Assembly: GCA_934153805.1 (NCBI GenBank)
Contig: CAKPFO010000006.1
Location: 915-64,914, forward strand
Reading direction: 5' to 3'
DNA: 64,000 bases
Source of the DNA: an uncultured Clostridia bacterium
GTDB taxonomy: Bacteria > Bacillota > Clostridia > TANB77 > CAG-508
Positions within the stretch are counted from its first letter, which is position 1; every line of letters starts with the position of its first letter. This document shows positions 1-8,895 of the stretch, one piece after another. The position numbers and the translations under genes are program-made. The notes below the pieces were generated by a model, which worked only from the letters and a program-made list of their open reading frames with translations, did no database searches and was not told the DNA's origin.

Positions 1-357
1 TTGAACAGGAGAAACATATATGTCTCTTGGTGTAGATAGATAATTTGAACCTCTTAAAAATCCATATCCATCTGGTAAAATTTCTAAAACACCTTCAACA
101 ATTCTATCATCTTCACTAGTTAGTTTATAACCTTGTCCAGCTTCTAAAACTGGTTCGTCTTCTGCTTGCTCAGCTCTTAATACAGGGTAAAAACTTCTTT
201 TTGTTTCTGGCTCTGTAGTTTCTTTCTTTTCTTCTTTTTCTGTATTAGAATTAATAATTTCTAATAGTTCTTCTTTTTTTAATTTTGATACATTTTTTAC
301 GCCTTGTTCTTTTGCGATTTGACGTAATTCTACTAATGTTTTGCTCTCTAAATTCAT
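1..357 (-). CDS. rho: Transcription termination factor Rho, N-terminal part (gene runs off the left edge)
   Basis: Own translation from ATG 357..355 behind AAAGGGG: [35 protein letters not shown]...[31 protein letters not shown]. This is the Rho N-terminal helix bundle plus the start of the RNA-binding OB domain. It is absent from the ORF track because it is truncated. Confidence 0.85.
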   Translation of the reverse strand, partial: MNLESKTLVELRQIAKEQGVKNVSKLKKEELLEIINSNTEKEEKKETTEPETKRSFYPVLRAEQAEDEPVLEAGQGYKLTSEDDRIVEGVLEILPDGYGFLRGSNYLSTPRDIYVSPVQ

Positions 358-486
358 ACAATTAGCCCCTTTCAATTTTTTTGGTTAATTACCTTATTTA
401 ATTGCTTTTTATATTGGATTTCTAAAGAAATTAACTTTTTATATTCTAGGAAAGCTTTTATAGCTTTCTGTAAAAGATAAATATGG

Positions 487-534
487 CAGAATTTAGAATT
501 TGTAGCATCACAAAATCTAAATTCTGATTTTTTT
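487..534. terminator. Bidirectional intrinsic terminator-like hairpin between divIC and rho
   Basis: A 17-bp stem (487-503 pairing with 510-526, one mismatch) with a 6-nt loop. There is an A-run on the left and T7 (528-534) on the right. Confidence 0.5.
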
Positions 535-602
535 GATTAAACTTCATATTTAGTATACCATAAATTGGAAAAAAAGTAAAGAAAAAAATAGAGCTATTCA
601 CT

Positions 603-878
603 CTATTTTGTAATATCTATATATACTCTTTCATTAGGTAAATACATTCCTAATTTTTCTCTTGCTACTTTTTCTATGTATTCTGAAGAATTTACATTTT
701 CTTTTATTTCTAGTAAAGATGTTTTAGTTTCTTCTTCTTTAGCTAGTGATGTTTCGTATTTTTCTACATCACTGTTATATGTATTTAGCATTTTTTGCTG
801 TGATATAAAAATGTTACAAACATATGCTAAAACTATAAATAATAATATTTTTTTATAATGTTTTTTTAAAAGTTTCAT
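603..878 (-). CDS. divIC: Septum formation initiator, FtsB/DivIC family
   Basis: 91 aa with an N-terminal TM helix, a coiled coil and a C-terminal YIEKVAREKLGMYLPNE motif. It follows yabP-yabQ as in Bacillus subtilis. Confidence 0.8.
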   Translation of the reverse strand: MKLLKKHYKKILLFIVLAYVCNIFISQQKMLNTYNSDVEKYETSLAKEEETKTSLLEIKENVNSSEYIEKVAREKLGMYLPNERVYIDITK

Positions 879-917
879 AAAATAAATCGCTCCAGCTTTC
901 CAATAATTTCCTATATA

Positions 918-1442
918 TTATATTTTTCTACATTTCTCTTTTAAATCCTTCTTTCCGTAAGAAAAAAATTTAACTTTTTTTAATTTTTTTGTCGGTTTTG
1001 ATATTTTACTGCATATATTTAGAATATTTTTTCTTACATTTATTACTATAAACGAAAAAGGTTTTAAAATCTTTTTTAAAATTCTCCATAATAACTTTAA
1101 AGGATATAAAATGACTTTTTTTACAAAGCATATGATAGATACATTTATTTTAATAAAATATTTACTAATTGTAAAAATGTATATAAGGATACCAAATGCC
1201 AGCCCTACTACTACATAGCTTCTTATTTCTCCGTTGTTAAATTTAAATAGCATAAATAAGAAAAACAAACCGCTAAAAATCCAAAAAATAATATCTTCTA
1301 TATATGTAATAATGTCAGGTGTTTTAAAAGATTTTCTTAAAATTCTAAATATGTCAAAAAATATACCAATAGCAATTCCACTAATGGTAAAAATTAATAA
1401 TGAATATAATTGCATTGCTACTGTATTATCCAAATTTTTCAC
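918..1442 (-). CDS. yabQ: Spore cortex biosynthesis membrane protein YabQ
   Basis: Polytopic membrane protein with the YabQ pattern GIFFDIFRILRK...IEDIIFWI...FNNGEIRSYVVVG, immediately downstream of yabP. Confidence 0.8.
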   Translation of the reverse strand: MKNLDNTVAMQLYSLLIFTISGIAIGIFFDIFRILRKSFKTPDIITYIEDIIFWIFSGLFFLFMLFKFNNGEIRSYVVVGLAFGILIYIFTISKYFIKINVSIICFVKKVILYPLKLLWRILKKILKPFSFIVINVRKNILNICSKISKPTKKLKKVKFFSYGKKDLKEKCRKI

Positions 1443-1445
1443 CTT

Positions 1446-1742
1446 CTATTTAAATATTTTGCCAAGTAATCCAGATGATTTCTTATCTAAATCATTTTCA
1501 CTGTAGGCTAAGTTGTAAATTTCGCCTTCTACGATTACTTCTGATGTATCTATGCTTAACTTGTTAATTCGTAGGTTGTCTCCCTTTACTGTTAACAGTC
1601 CTAGTTCTGTTTCTACAATTACAACTTGATCATCAAAACTAAGAACATCTAATACTCCAGATATACTAAGCTTTTCTCTGTTTTCTAGTACTAGATTTTG
1701 AATAATAGAATTATTGGTTGTTTTTCTTTCATCAATCGGCAT
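1446..1742 (-). CDS. yabP: Sporulation protein YabP
   Basis: 98 aa. LVLENREKLSISGVLDVLSFDDQVVIVETELGLLTVKGDNLRINKLSIDTSEVIVEG matches the YabP family, and the stop is 4 nt from the yabQ start. Confidence 0.85.
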   Translation of the reverse strand: MPIDERKTTNNSIIQNLVLENREKLSISGVLDVLSFDDQVVIVETELGLLTVKGDNLRINKLSIDTSEVIVEGEIYNLAYSENDLDKKSSGLLGKIFK

Positions 1743-1941
1743 TTGGATTCCTCCTTATATATTTTTAGAAGTTTTTTATTAATAAAGAACTTCTTGTTAA
1801 TAAATATATATTCAGGTCTTGTCTATTTTAGAACAAAAGATTATATTTGAGTCTATATAAAATTATGCATCTCCTTTAGAAACTTTAAATGTAATAAAAT
1901 AAAAAAGAACAAATCCTTAATTTAAGATTTGTCCTTACGAT

Positions 1942-2592
1942 TTAAAAGGCTATAAGAGTTATTAATATTAAAATCCATATTAATATAAACAAACCAGCTT
2001 TTATAAGTAGCCTTTTTAGTTTGTATTCTCTTGCTTTTTCTATATTTTTCACATTCTTTTCTGGCATTAGTTCAAAGTTGTTTAAAAATTTTTCTAAATC
2101 TTTTTGATTTACAAATAATATTGGCAATTCTACATTGCTAATGTTTCCATTTGGAGCTTTATATAATATTATTAGTCTAAAATATTCTCTCTTTTTTATA
2201 AATATGCGTTCATATTTTTTGTCGATAAATACATTTTTTAAGTCTTTGTATGCAATTATAATTTCTTGCATGTTTGTTTTTATGCTCATGTTATTATTTT
2301 TACAACTAATTGTAAAAGTGTTGCAATATATAGAGAACATAAGAATTAAGGCATACATAAAAAGTACTAAACTCAATAATCGCATATTTGAATGGAATGT
2401 AATTACCAAGATTACTGCAATTAAAATTAGTATTATAGGTATAAGTTTAGGATAAGATTTTATTAAGTTACCTACTCTTGCTTTAAAGATTATATTGCTA
2501 TTAACATCCTTTATTTCTTGTAATTTTCTGTTTTTAGTTTTTTCATATAATATATTTAATTTGCTTTTACTTGTTTTTTTACTTTTCTTCAT
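1942..2592 (-). CDS. Hypothetical membrane protein
   Basis: 216 aa with a basic N-terminus, two central TM helices and a C-terminal TM helix. No family recognised. Confidence 0.5.
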   Translation of the reverse strand: MKKSKKTSKSKLNILYEKTKNRKLQEIKDVNSNIIFKARVGNLIKSYPKLIPIILILIAVILVITFHSNMRLLSLVLFMYALILMFSIYCNTFTISCKNNNMSIKTNMQEIIIAYKDLKNVFIDKKYERIFIKKREYFRLIILYKAPNGNISNVELPILFVNQKDLEKFLNNFELMPEKNVKNIEKAREYKLKRLLIKAGLFILIWILILITLIAF

Positions 2593-2649
2593 TATTTTAT
2601 TCCTTCTTTTGAGTTCAAATTTAAATTTAGCATAGTTTGAATTGCGTTC

Positions 2650-3757
2650 CTATTGCTGATTATTATATTTTAAATAGCTATCAATAAATCCGTTTAGATC
2701 TCCATCCATCACTGCTTGTACATTGCCAACCTCATAATTTGTTCTGTGATCCTTTACCATTGTATATGGGCAAAATACATAGGAACGAATTTGACTTCCC
2801 CATGCTATATCCATTTGATTTCCCTTCAAATCCTCTATTTTGTCCTTATGTTCTTTTTCTTTTCTATCAAGTAATTTAGACTTTAACATTTTCATTGCTG
2901 TCTCTCTATTTTGAATTTGTGAACGTTCTGATTGGCAAGACACTACTGTATTTGTAGGAATATGTGTAATTCTAACTGCTGAAGAAGTTTTATTTATATG
3001 TTGTCCACCTGCTCCAGAAGCTCTATATGTGTCTATTCTTAAGTCATCTGGATTTATATCTATTTCAATATCTTCTGTTATTTCTGGCAAAACTTCTAAT
3101 GAAGCAAATGATGTATGTCTCCTTCCGCCACTGTCAAAAGGAGATATTCTAACTAGTCTATGTACCCCCATCTCCCCTTTTAAATATCCATATGCATATG
3201 GTCCGGAAATTAATGCAGTTACACTTTTTATTCCAGCTTCGTCTCCCTCTAAATAGTCTAATTCTTTTACCTCATAACCATTATCTAAAGCCCATCTTGT
3301 GTACATTCTATAAAGCATTTGAACCCAATCACAGCTTTCTGTTCCGCCTGCACCAGGGTGTAAAGTTATTATTGCATTATTTGCATCATATTTTCCAGAA
3401 AGAAGAGTATTTATTTCTAATTTTTCTATACTTTTTTCTAATTCTTTTATCGAAATATTTAGTTCTCTTTCTAAAGATTCATCAGTCTCAATTGATAATA
3501 TTTCATTTAGCTCTATAGCATCTGCTAAATTATTATGAATTCTTTTATATTCTTCAGTTTTACTTTTTATATTGTTTATATCTTTAAGTACAGCAGATGA
3601 TGTTTTGCTATCGTTCCAAAAATCTGCTACAGTTGTTTTATCTTCTAATTCTTTTAGATTTTGTTCTAATTTTGTGATGTCAAAGAGACTCACCCAATTG
3701 TTGCAATTTTATTTTTAAAGAATTTAATATTCTTTTATTTTCTTCAAAATCTATCAC
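2650..3757 (-). CDS. prfB: Peptide chain release factor 2, with programmed +1 ribosomal frameshift
   Basis: SPF and GGQ motifs (VRISPFDSGG, ASGAGGQHINKT). The zero frame starts at GTG 3757..3755 behind GGGGAG and reads VIDFEENKRILNSLKIKLQQLGESL, then meets CTT TGA C at 3685..3679. The +1 frame continues DITKLEQNL... Confidence 0.95.
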
Positions 3758-3769
3758 TTTATCACTCCC

Positions 3770-4648
3770 CTACTCTTTGCTTGAATAATCTTTTTCCTTT
3801 TCATATTTTATGTGTTGTACACCTTTTTTATCATAATCATCTAGAAAATGATGTACCTCACCATCTTTTACATAGGAAATAATTGTGTTTAAATTTACAT
3901 TTTTGGCGCTATTGTATATGTTCATATCTACTTTATCGTATATTTTTCTTAATTGTTTTAATAATTGCTTCATTTCTGCTCTTTTAGAACCTATAAGATT
4001 ATCTCTATTAATATTTTCTGTAACCTTACATGCACATTGTAAAAAATCTAATTTATTTCTTTCTTTCCATTTTATAATGTTTTCCTCTTTTACATAGTAT
4101 AGAGGTCTAATTAATTCCATTCCTTCATGAAAAGTGCTATGCAATTTAGGCATCATTGTTTGCATTTGAGAACCATATAACATTCCCATAAGTATTGTTT
4201 CTACAACATCATCAAAATGGTGCCCAAGTGCAATCTTATTACATCCTAATTCTTTCGCTTTTCTATATAAATGACCTCTTCTCATTCTTGCACAAACATA
4301 GCAAGGATGATCATCTATTTTCTCTACCACCTCAAAGATATTGCTTTCAAACATTGTAATTGGTATATTTAACAATTTTGCATTACTTATTATTTTTTGT
4401 TTATTTATTTCGTTATATCCAGGGTTCATTACAAGAAATACTAGCTCAAAGTTGATTTTACCATGTCTTTGCAACTCTTGCATGCATTTAGCAAGTAGCA
4501 TAGAGTCCTTTCCACCAGATATACATACAGCAATTTTATCTCCGTCTTGTATCATTTCAAATTCTCTAATTCCTTTTGTGAATTGATTCCATATTTTTTT
4601 ACGATATGTAGTCATAATGCTTCTTTCTATTTCTTCATGTGTTTCCAC
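3770..4648 (-). CDS. PP-loop ATPase, TtcA-like tRNA thiolation enzyme
   Basis: SGGKDS PP-loop (VCISGGKDSMLL), Cys pairs (CYVCARMRRG, CACK) and 292 aa are typical of the TtcA family. Confidence 0.7.
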   Translation of the reverse strand: METHEEIERSIMTTYRKKIWNQFTKGIREFEMIQDGDKIAVCISGGKDSMLLAKCMQELQRHGKINFELVFLVMNPGYNEINKQKIISNAKLLNIPITMFESNIFEVVEKIDDHPCYVCARMRRGHLYRKAKELGCNKIALGHHFDDVVETILMGMLYGSQMQTMMPKLHSTFHEGMELIRPLYYVKEENIIKWKERNKLDFLQCACKVTENINRDNLIGSKRAEMKQLLKQLRKIYDKVDMNIYNSAKNVNLNTIISYVKDGEVHHFLDDYDKKGVQHIKYEKEKDYSSKE

Positions 4649-4754
4649 TTTCTATTTCATTCCTTTCAAACGGTGTTACCTTATTATATGTATATTAACC
4701 TATGATATTTCAATAAATTTTCTCTTATTATAACATTTTTTTACATACACATAT

Positions 4755-5534
4755 CTATTTTTTTATACAATCTAATTTGCTTTTTGAAATAATATCTTTA
4801 ATAACCTCTCCTGCTATCATTAACCCTGCTACTGAAGGAACAAAAGATATGCTTCCAGGTACTTGATTTCTTTCAGCACATTTTCTTTTTGTTCCTGGAG
4901 GGCAAATGCAATTAGTTTTGCAACTGCACTCTAAAGTTTCATCTGGTTTAATTGGCTCTTCTTTAGAATATATTACTTTTAGGCTGTCAACTTCCCTCTT
5001 TCTTAATTCTTTTCTCATAACTTTAGCAAGTGGACATATACTTGTTTTATAAATATCTGTAATCTCAAATCTTGAAGGGTCAAGCTTGTTTCCTGTCCCC
5101 ATAGCAGAAATTATTGGAATATTTAACTTTTTACATTGCATTACAAGTTCAATTTTAGCAGTCACAGTATCAACGCAATCTACTACATATGACAAGCTTT
5201 CATTTATAATATTAGTTTCAGAATTTGGCATATAAAATTCTTGGTAAGTTTCTACATTAGCTTTGGGATTTATTTCTAAAATTCGTTCTTTTGCTACATC
5301 TACTTTATATTTTCCTATTGTTTTTCTGGTTGCTATTATTTGTCTATTTAAATTAGTTAAACAAATTTTATCATCATCTATTAATACAAAATTTGATACT
5401 CCAGCTCTAACTAAGCCTTCTACAACAAATGAGCCTACTCCTCCTATTCCGAATATGGCTACCTTTGCATTATTTAATTTTTCTATTCCTTCTTTTCCTA
5501 TTAATAATTCCGTTCTTGAAAATTGATTTAGCAT
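4755..5534 (-). CDS. tcdA: tRNA threonylcarbamoyladenosine dehydratase (ThiF/MoeB-fold, TcdA/CsdL family)
   Basis: FSRTELLIG...VAIFGIGGVGSFVVEGLVRAGVSNFVLIDDDKICLTNLNRQ is collinear with E. coli TcdA as I recall it. Confidence 0.8.
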   Translation of the reverse strand: MLNQFSRTELLIGKEGIEKLNNAKVAIFGIGGVGSFVVEGLVRAGVSNFVLIDDDKICLTNLNRQIIATRKTIGKYKVDVAKERILEINPKANVETYQEFYMPNSETNIINESLSYVVDCVDTVTAKIELVMQCKKLNIPIISAMGTGNKLDPSRFEITDIYKTSICPLAKVMRKELRKREVDSLKVIYSKEEPIKPDETLECSCKTNCICPPGTKRKCAERNQVPGSISFVPSVAGLMIAGEVIKDIISKSKLDCIKK

Positions 5535-5705
5535 TTTATTATATTCCTTCCTTAAATTTCTTTAATATTATACTATAGTAAAGTTGATTTATCAATATAT
5601 TTAAACTTTTAAAATACTGGTTTCTACAATTTTTTCATTATAAAGTCAAAATAGGTAGAAAACTTAAAAAGTCTTCTACCTATTTTGCATTACTATTTAG
5701 TTCTT

Positions 5706-7403
5706 CTAGATTCCGTAATTACTAAAAATCTCTTCGATTTCTTCACGTGCAAGGTATTGCTTTTGCATTAAGCGGTTGGATAATTCTGTTAGCACATCTT
5801 TTCTTTGCTGTAATGATTTAAAGGCCTCATCATTGGCTTCAGCTACAACCTTATTTACATCTTTGATTGTAATTTCAGATAATTTATCATTAAATGCTTC
5901 GTTGCCATTTATGCATACTAACTTAGAATGTCCCATTGCGTAATTATTAATCATTTTATAAGCTAACTCCGTAGCTCTTTGCAAATCATCAGCAGCTCCA
6001 GTTGAAATTTCACCCAGCATTACTTTTTCAGCAGCTCTACCACCCAATATTTCTTTGATTTTGTTAATTAGTTGCTGCTTTTCTACTAATATTTCATCCT
6101 TTTCGTTAATTAATGTGTATCCTCCTGAAGTTCCTCTAGGTATTATAGAAATTTCAAGAACTTGCTCATTAGCAGCTATTCTTGCAAGAACAGCGTGACC
6201 AGCCTCATGAATTGCTATTGCCTTTTTAGTATCTTCGTCTATTGATATGTTCTTTTTCTGAACTCCCAACATTACTTTAACAATAGATTCATTTATTTCT
6301 TCATTGCCTATATACTCCTTTTCACCTCTGGCTGCTAAAATTGCAGATTCATTTAAGATATTGCTTAAATCAGCACCAGTTAACCCTGTTGTCTTTTTTG
6401 CAATCTCTTCTAAAGAAACATCTTCTGCTAATTTTTTGTTCTTAGAATGAATTTTTAAAATTTCCTTTCTTGCATTTTCATCTGGCATAGGCACATAAAT
6501 ATGTCTATCAAATCTGCCTGGTCGTGTAATTGCAGGGTCTAAAACCTCATAATTATTAGTAGCTGCTATTATAATAATATTATCTTCGCTGCTATCAATA
6601 CCATCCATCTCCTCCAGAAGCTGATTCAACGTCTGCTCACTGTAATTATGCTCTCTATATCTTTCTTTTGCAACAGAATCAATTTCGTCAATAAAGATAA
6701 TGCATGGAGAGGCTTTTCGAGCTTTCTCAAATAGGCTCCTTACTCTTAAAGCACCTACACCTACGTATATTTCGTCAAAACTCGAGCCATTTACTGCAAA
6801 AAATGGAACTTTTGCTTCGCCTGCAATGGCTTTTGCAAGCAATGTTTTTCCTGTTCCAGGCTTTCCATACAATAGAACTCCTTTTGGAATTTTAGCACCG
6901 ATTTTTTCGAATTTTTTTGGATTCTGTAAAAATTCAACAATTTCTTCAAGCTCGTACCTTTCTTCATCAATTCCAGCAACATCTTCAAATGTTAAATCAG
7001 AATGGTATTGCTCTATTTTCATGTTTCCAAAATTTGCAGAAGCTGAAACTACTATTGAAATAAAAATGATAAGTACAATAAAAAGTGCAATCTTAATAAT
7101 AAATTTTAGATTTCTAATATTGTACTCTATGTAGTTTCCTTTTTCTAACTGTTCGGTAACCAAACTACTAATTTCATCAGCACTAGAAACATTCGTACTG
7201 CAGACTGAACCGTCTTTTAACTCAATCTTTGCCTTTCCGTTTTGGCTATTGACCGTTAGCTTTGCTACTTTGCCGTCCTGGATATAGCTTATGGCTTCGG
7301 TATAAGATATTTTCCGGGTATTTCGGTGACAGAAAAATACTATTCCAAAAGTAGCCACTAAAAGCAATAAAACAATTACAAGATATTTCCGCCTTTTTTT
7401 CAT
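5706..7403 (-). CDS. ftsH: ATP-dependent zinc metalloprotease, FtsH family
   Basis: N-terminal TM, periplasmic-type segment and second TM. Walker A GKPGTGKT, Walker B IIFIDEID, second region of homology [19 protein letters not shown], and M41 zinc site HEAGHA. Confidence 0.85.
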   Translation of the reverse strand: MKKRRKYLVIVLLLLVATFGIVFFCHRNTRKISYTEAISYIQDGKVAKLTVNSQNGKAKIELKDGSVCSTNVSSADEISSLVTEQLEKGNYIEYNIRNLKFIIKIALFIVLIIFISIVVSASANFGNMKIEQYHSDLTFEDVAGIDEERYELEEIVEFLQNPKKFEKIGAKIPKGVLLYGKPGTGKTLLAKAIAGEAKVPFFAVNGSSFDEIYVGVGALRVRSLFEKARKASPCIIFIDEIDSVAKERYREHNYSEQTLNQLLEEMDGIDSSEDNIIIIAATNNYEVLDPAITRPGRFDRHIYVPMPDENARKEILKIHSKNKKLAEDVSLEEIAKKTTGLTGADLSNILNESAILAARGEKEYIGNEEINESIVKVMLGVQKKNISIDEDTKKAIAIHEAGHAVLARIAANEQVLEISIIPRGTSGGYTLINEKDEILVEKQQLINKIKEILGGRAAEKVMLGEISTGAADDLQRATELAYKMINNYAMGHSKLVCINGNEAFNDKLSEITIKDVNKVVAEANDEAFKSLQQRKDVLTELSNRLMQKQYLAREEIEEIFSNYGI

Positions 7404-7559
7404 AATTACTCATCCTTTCTTAAATACTTAATTAAGTTTTTGAGGTACATAATATTTTTTGTGGACTCATTATATTACATTTTTATACATTTTTCAATAT
7501 TTTATGTAGATTTAATTTTATTTAATTTTCTTCCTTCAAGTTGTTGCTAATATTACAGC

Positions 7560-7785
7560 CAAGCATTTCCTTTTAAAGGTTTAAACTTATTTTCTATGAG
7601 GGCCTTTATTCCTTTAGATTTGAATGAGCTTTGTCAAAAATTAGTTGAAGTAGATGGACTTCACTTTTTAAAAGGTGGCGGCCATAGCTACTCAGCCGGT
7701 TTAACTGCTACAGGGAACTATGAAGATATCCTTCATAGCTTATATCTTCAATTAGATGCAGCATTGGCGTCGTTGGCATAAAAAT
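7560..7785 (+). ncRNA. Candidate structured small RNA (family not identified)
   Basis: A GC-enriched block in an AT-rich spacer. An extended -10 (TGcTAATAT, 7545-7553) lies upstream. There is an 8-bp hairpin (7718-7738) and a 10-bp long-range pairing (7641-7650 with 7746-7755). A strong terminator follows directly. The 61-aa ORF here has no RBS. Confidence 0.25.
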
Positions 7786-7820
7786 AAAAATCCAAGGGTC
7801 AGTCACCCTTGGATTTTTTA
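7786..7820. terminator. Bidirectional intrinsic terminator
   Basis: tccaagggt-cagtc-acccttgga with an A-run before and T6 after. It also lies downstream of the minus-strand gene 7940..8806. Confidence 0.75.
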
Positions 7821-7939
7821 TAGTTTCTACTTATTTCTTATTTTACTGTTCTATTTGCTACAACGTTTTTATACTTCTTACTACTTCTACAAGTAGTTAA
7901 TGTGTTCCTATATTATCAATATGATATTTTTATCAAAAC

Positions 7940-8806
7940 CTATTGTCTAGTAAATGCAAGTTCTTTTTCTTCTTGTGCTATACTTTTTTCCAATAATTCT
8001 GGTTTTTTAATATACTTATTAAATAATTTAAATGAACTTGCATAATAATAGCCATCGCAGATTCTCTCGTCACCTACAAAAGCAATAGAAATACATTTTT
8101 CTTCAATAATTTCTTCGTCTTCATGAATAAAATCTTTCTTTTTCTTCCCCATTGCAAAAAACAAACTAGTTGTTCCAAAATTATACAAGTGATGATAAAT
8201 AGCATCTATTCCTAATGACCCTACATTAGTTAAAAAAGCACTTGTATGAAATGGGCTAAGTTCTATAATTTTTTTAGGTAACAATCCATATTTATCCAAT
8301 AACTTGAAAATGCCAACGACTAATTTTAATATAATATTAGGTGTTTTTCCTAACTCATATACTAGCTTGTCCATATTGTTCTTTGTTTTTATGTCTTTAT
8401 TTTCTACAATAGCATTTTCTAATTTTTCTTTTATATCTAAAATTGTCTCTTCCCCTGTAAATTTTAATTTTAGAACAGTTTCTGGTGCATTATCTTCTAA
8501 ACTCTTTTTTATAGTAAGTGAAACAAAAATATCATTTCTGTCATAAGTTCTTCCATCCATAACAAATCTATTTAACCATGGTCTTTCATATATAGTACGT
8601 ATTATAGCTGCATAAATAATGTGCATATAAGATATTTTTACTCCCTCTTGAGCTTTTTTATTTATATAAGCATCCATAAATTTAATTGGTACATCTTGTC
8701 TAAAATATACCTGTGAATCATTTCTAGTTTTCATAATGTGTGGAATTATACGAAATAATAGTGACACATTTTTTACCCTTTTTCCATCTGAGCGAAATCC
8801 AAACAT
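7940..8806 (-). CDS. 2-oxoacid dehydrogenase acyltransferase (E2) catalytic-domain-like protein
   Basis: 288 aa. The C-terminal IAFVGDERICDGYYYASSFKLFNKYIKKPELL aligns to the E2/CAT-fold motif DHRxxDG...F...P..LL, with Glu where the catalytic His is expected. Confidence 0.55.
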   Translation of the reverse strand: MFGFRSDGKRVKNVSLLFRIIPHIMKTRNDSQVYFRQDVPIKFMDAYINKKAQEGVKISYMHIIYAAIIRTIYERPWLNRFVMDGRTYDRNDIFVSLTIKKSLEDNAPETVLKLKFTGEETILDIKEKLENAIVENKDIKTKNNMDKLVYELGKTPNIILKLVVGIFKLLDKYGLLPKKIIELSPFHTSAFLTNVGSLGIDAIYHHLYNFGTTSLFFAMGKKKKDFIHEDEEIIEEKCISIAFVGDERICDGYYYASSFKLFNKYIKKPELLEKSIAQEEKELAFTRQ

Positions 8807-8840
8807 AATTAATCCCCTTTCCCATCTTTTATAATAGCAT

Positions 8841-8879
8841 AAAAGCAGATAATTAGCAAGGCTAAACTATCTGCTTTTT
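8841..8879 (-). terminator. Intrinsic terminator after secA
   Basis: aaaagcagat (8841-8850) pairs with atctgctttt (8869-8878). Confidence 0.5.
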
Positions 8880-8895
8880 AAGGACATTTTATATT

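Noticed and set aside
6700-7134. Long plus-strand ORFs inside minus-strand genes (6700..7134, 9875..10189, 26461..26820, 49711..50211, 60597..61010, 62660..63127 and similar)
   Set aside because: All are antisense to genes with clear family signatures. They have low-complexity Ser/Leu/Phe-rich translations typical of shadow frames in AT-rich DNA.
7596-7781. 61-aa plus-strand ORF (MRAFIPLDLNELCQKL...AALASLA) as a protein gene or a tmRNA tag
   Set aside because: No ribosome-binding site precedes the ATG. The Ala/Leu-rich end superficially resembles an SsrA tag. However, there is no tRNA-like 5' or 3' domain (no GGGG...UUCGAC start, no T-arm or CCA end), and a terminator follows the stop directly. 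I treat it as a possible non-coding RNA instead.
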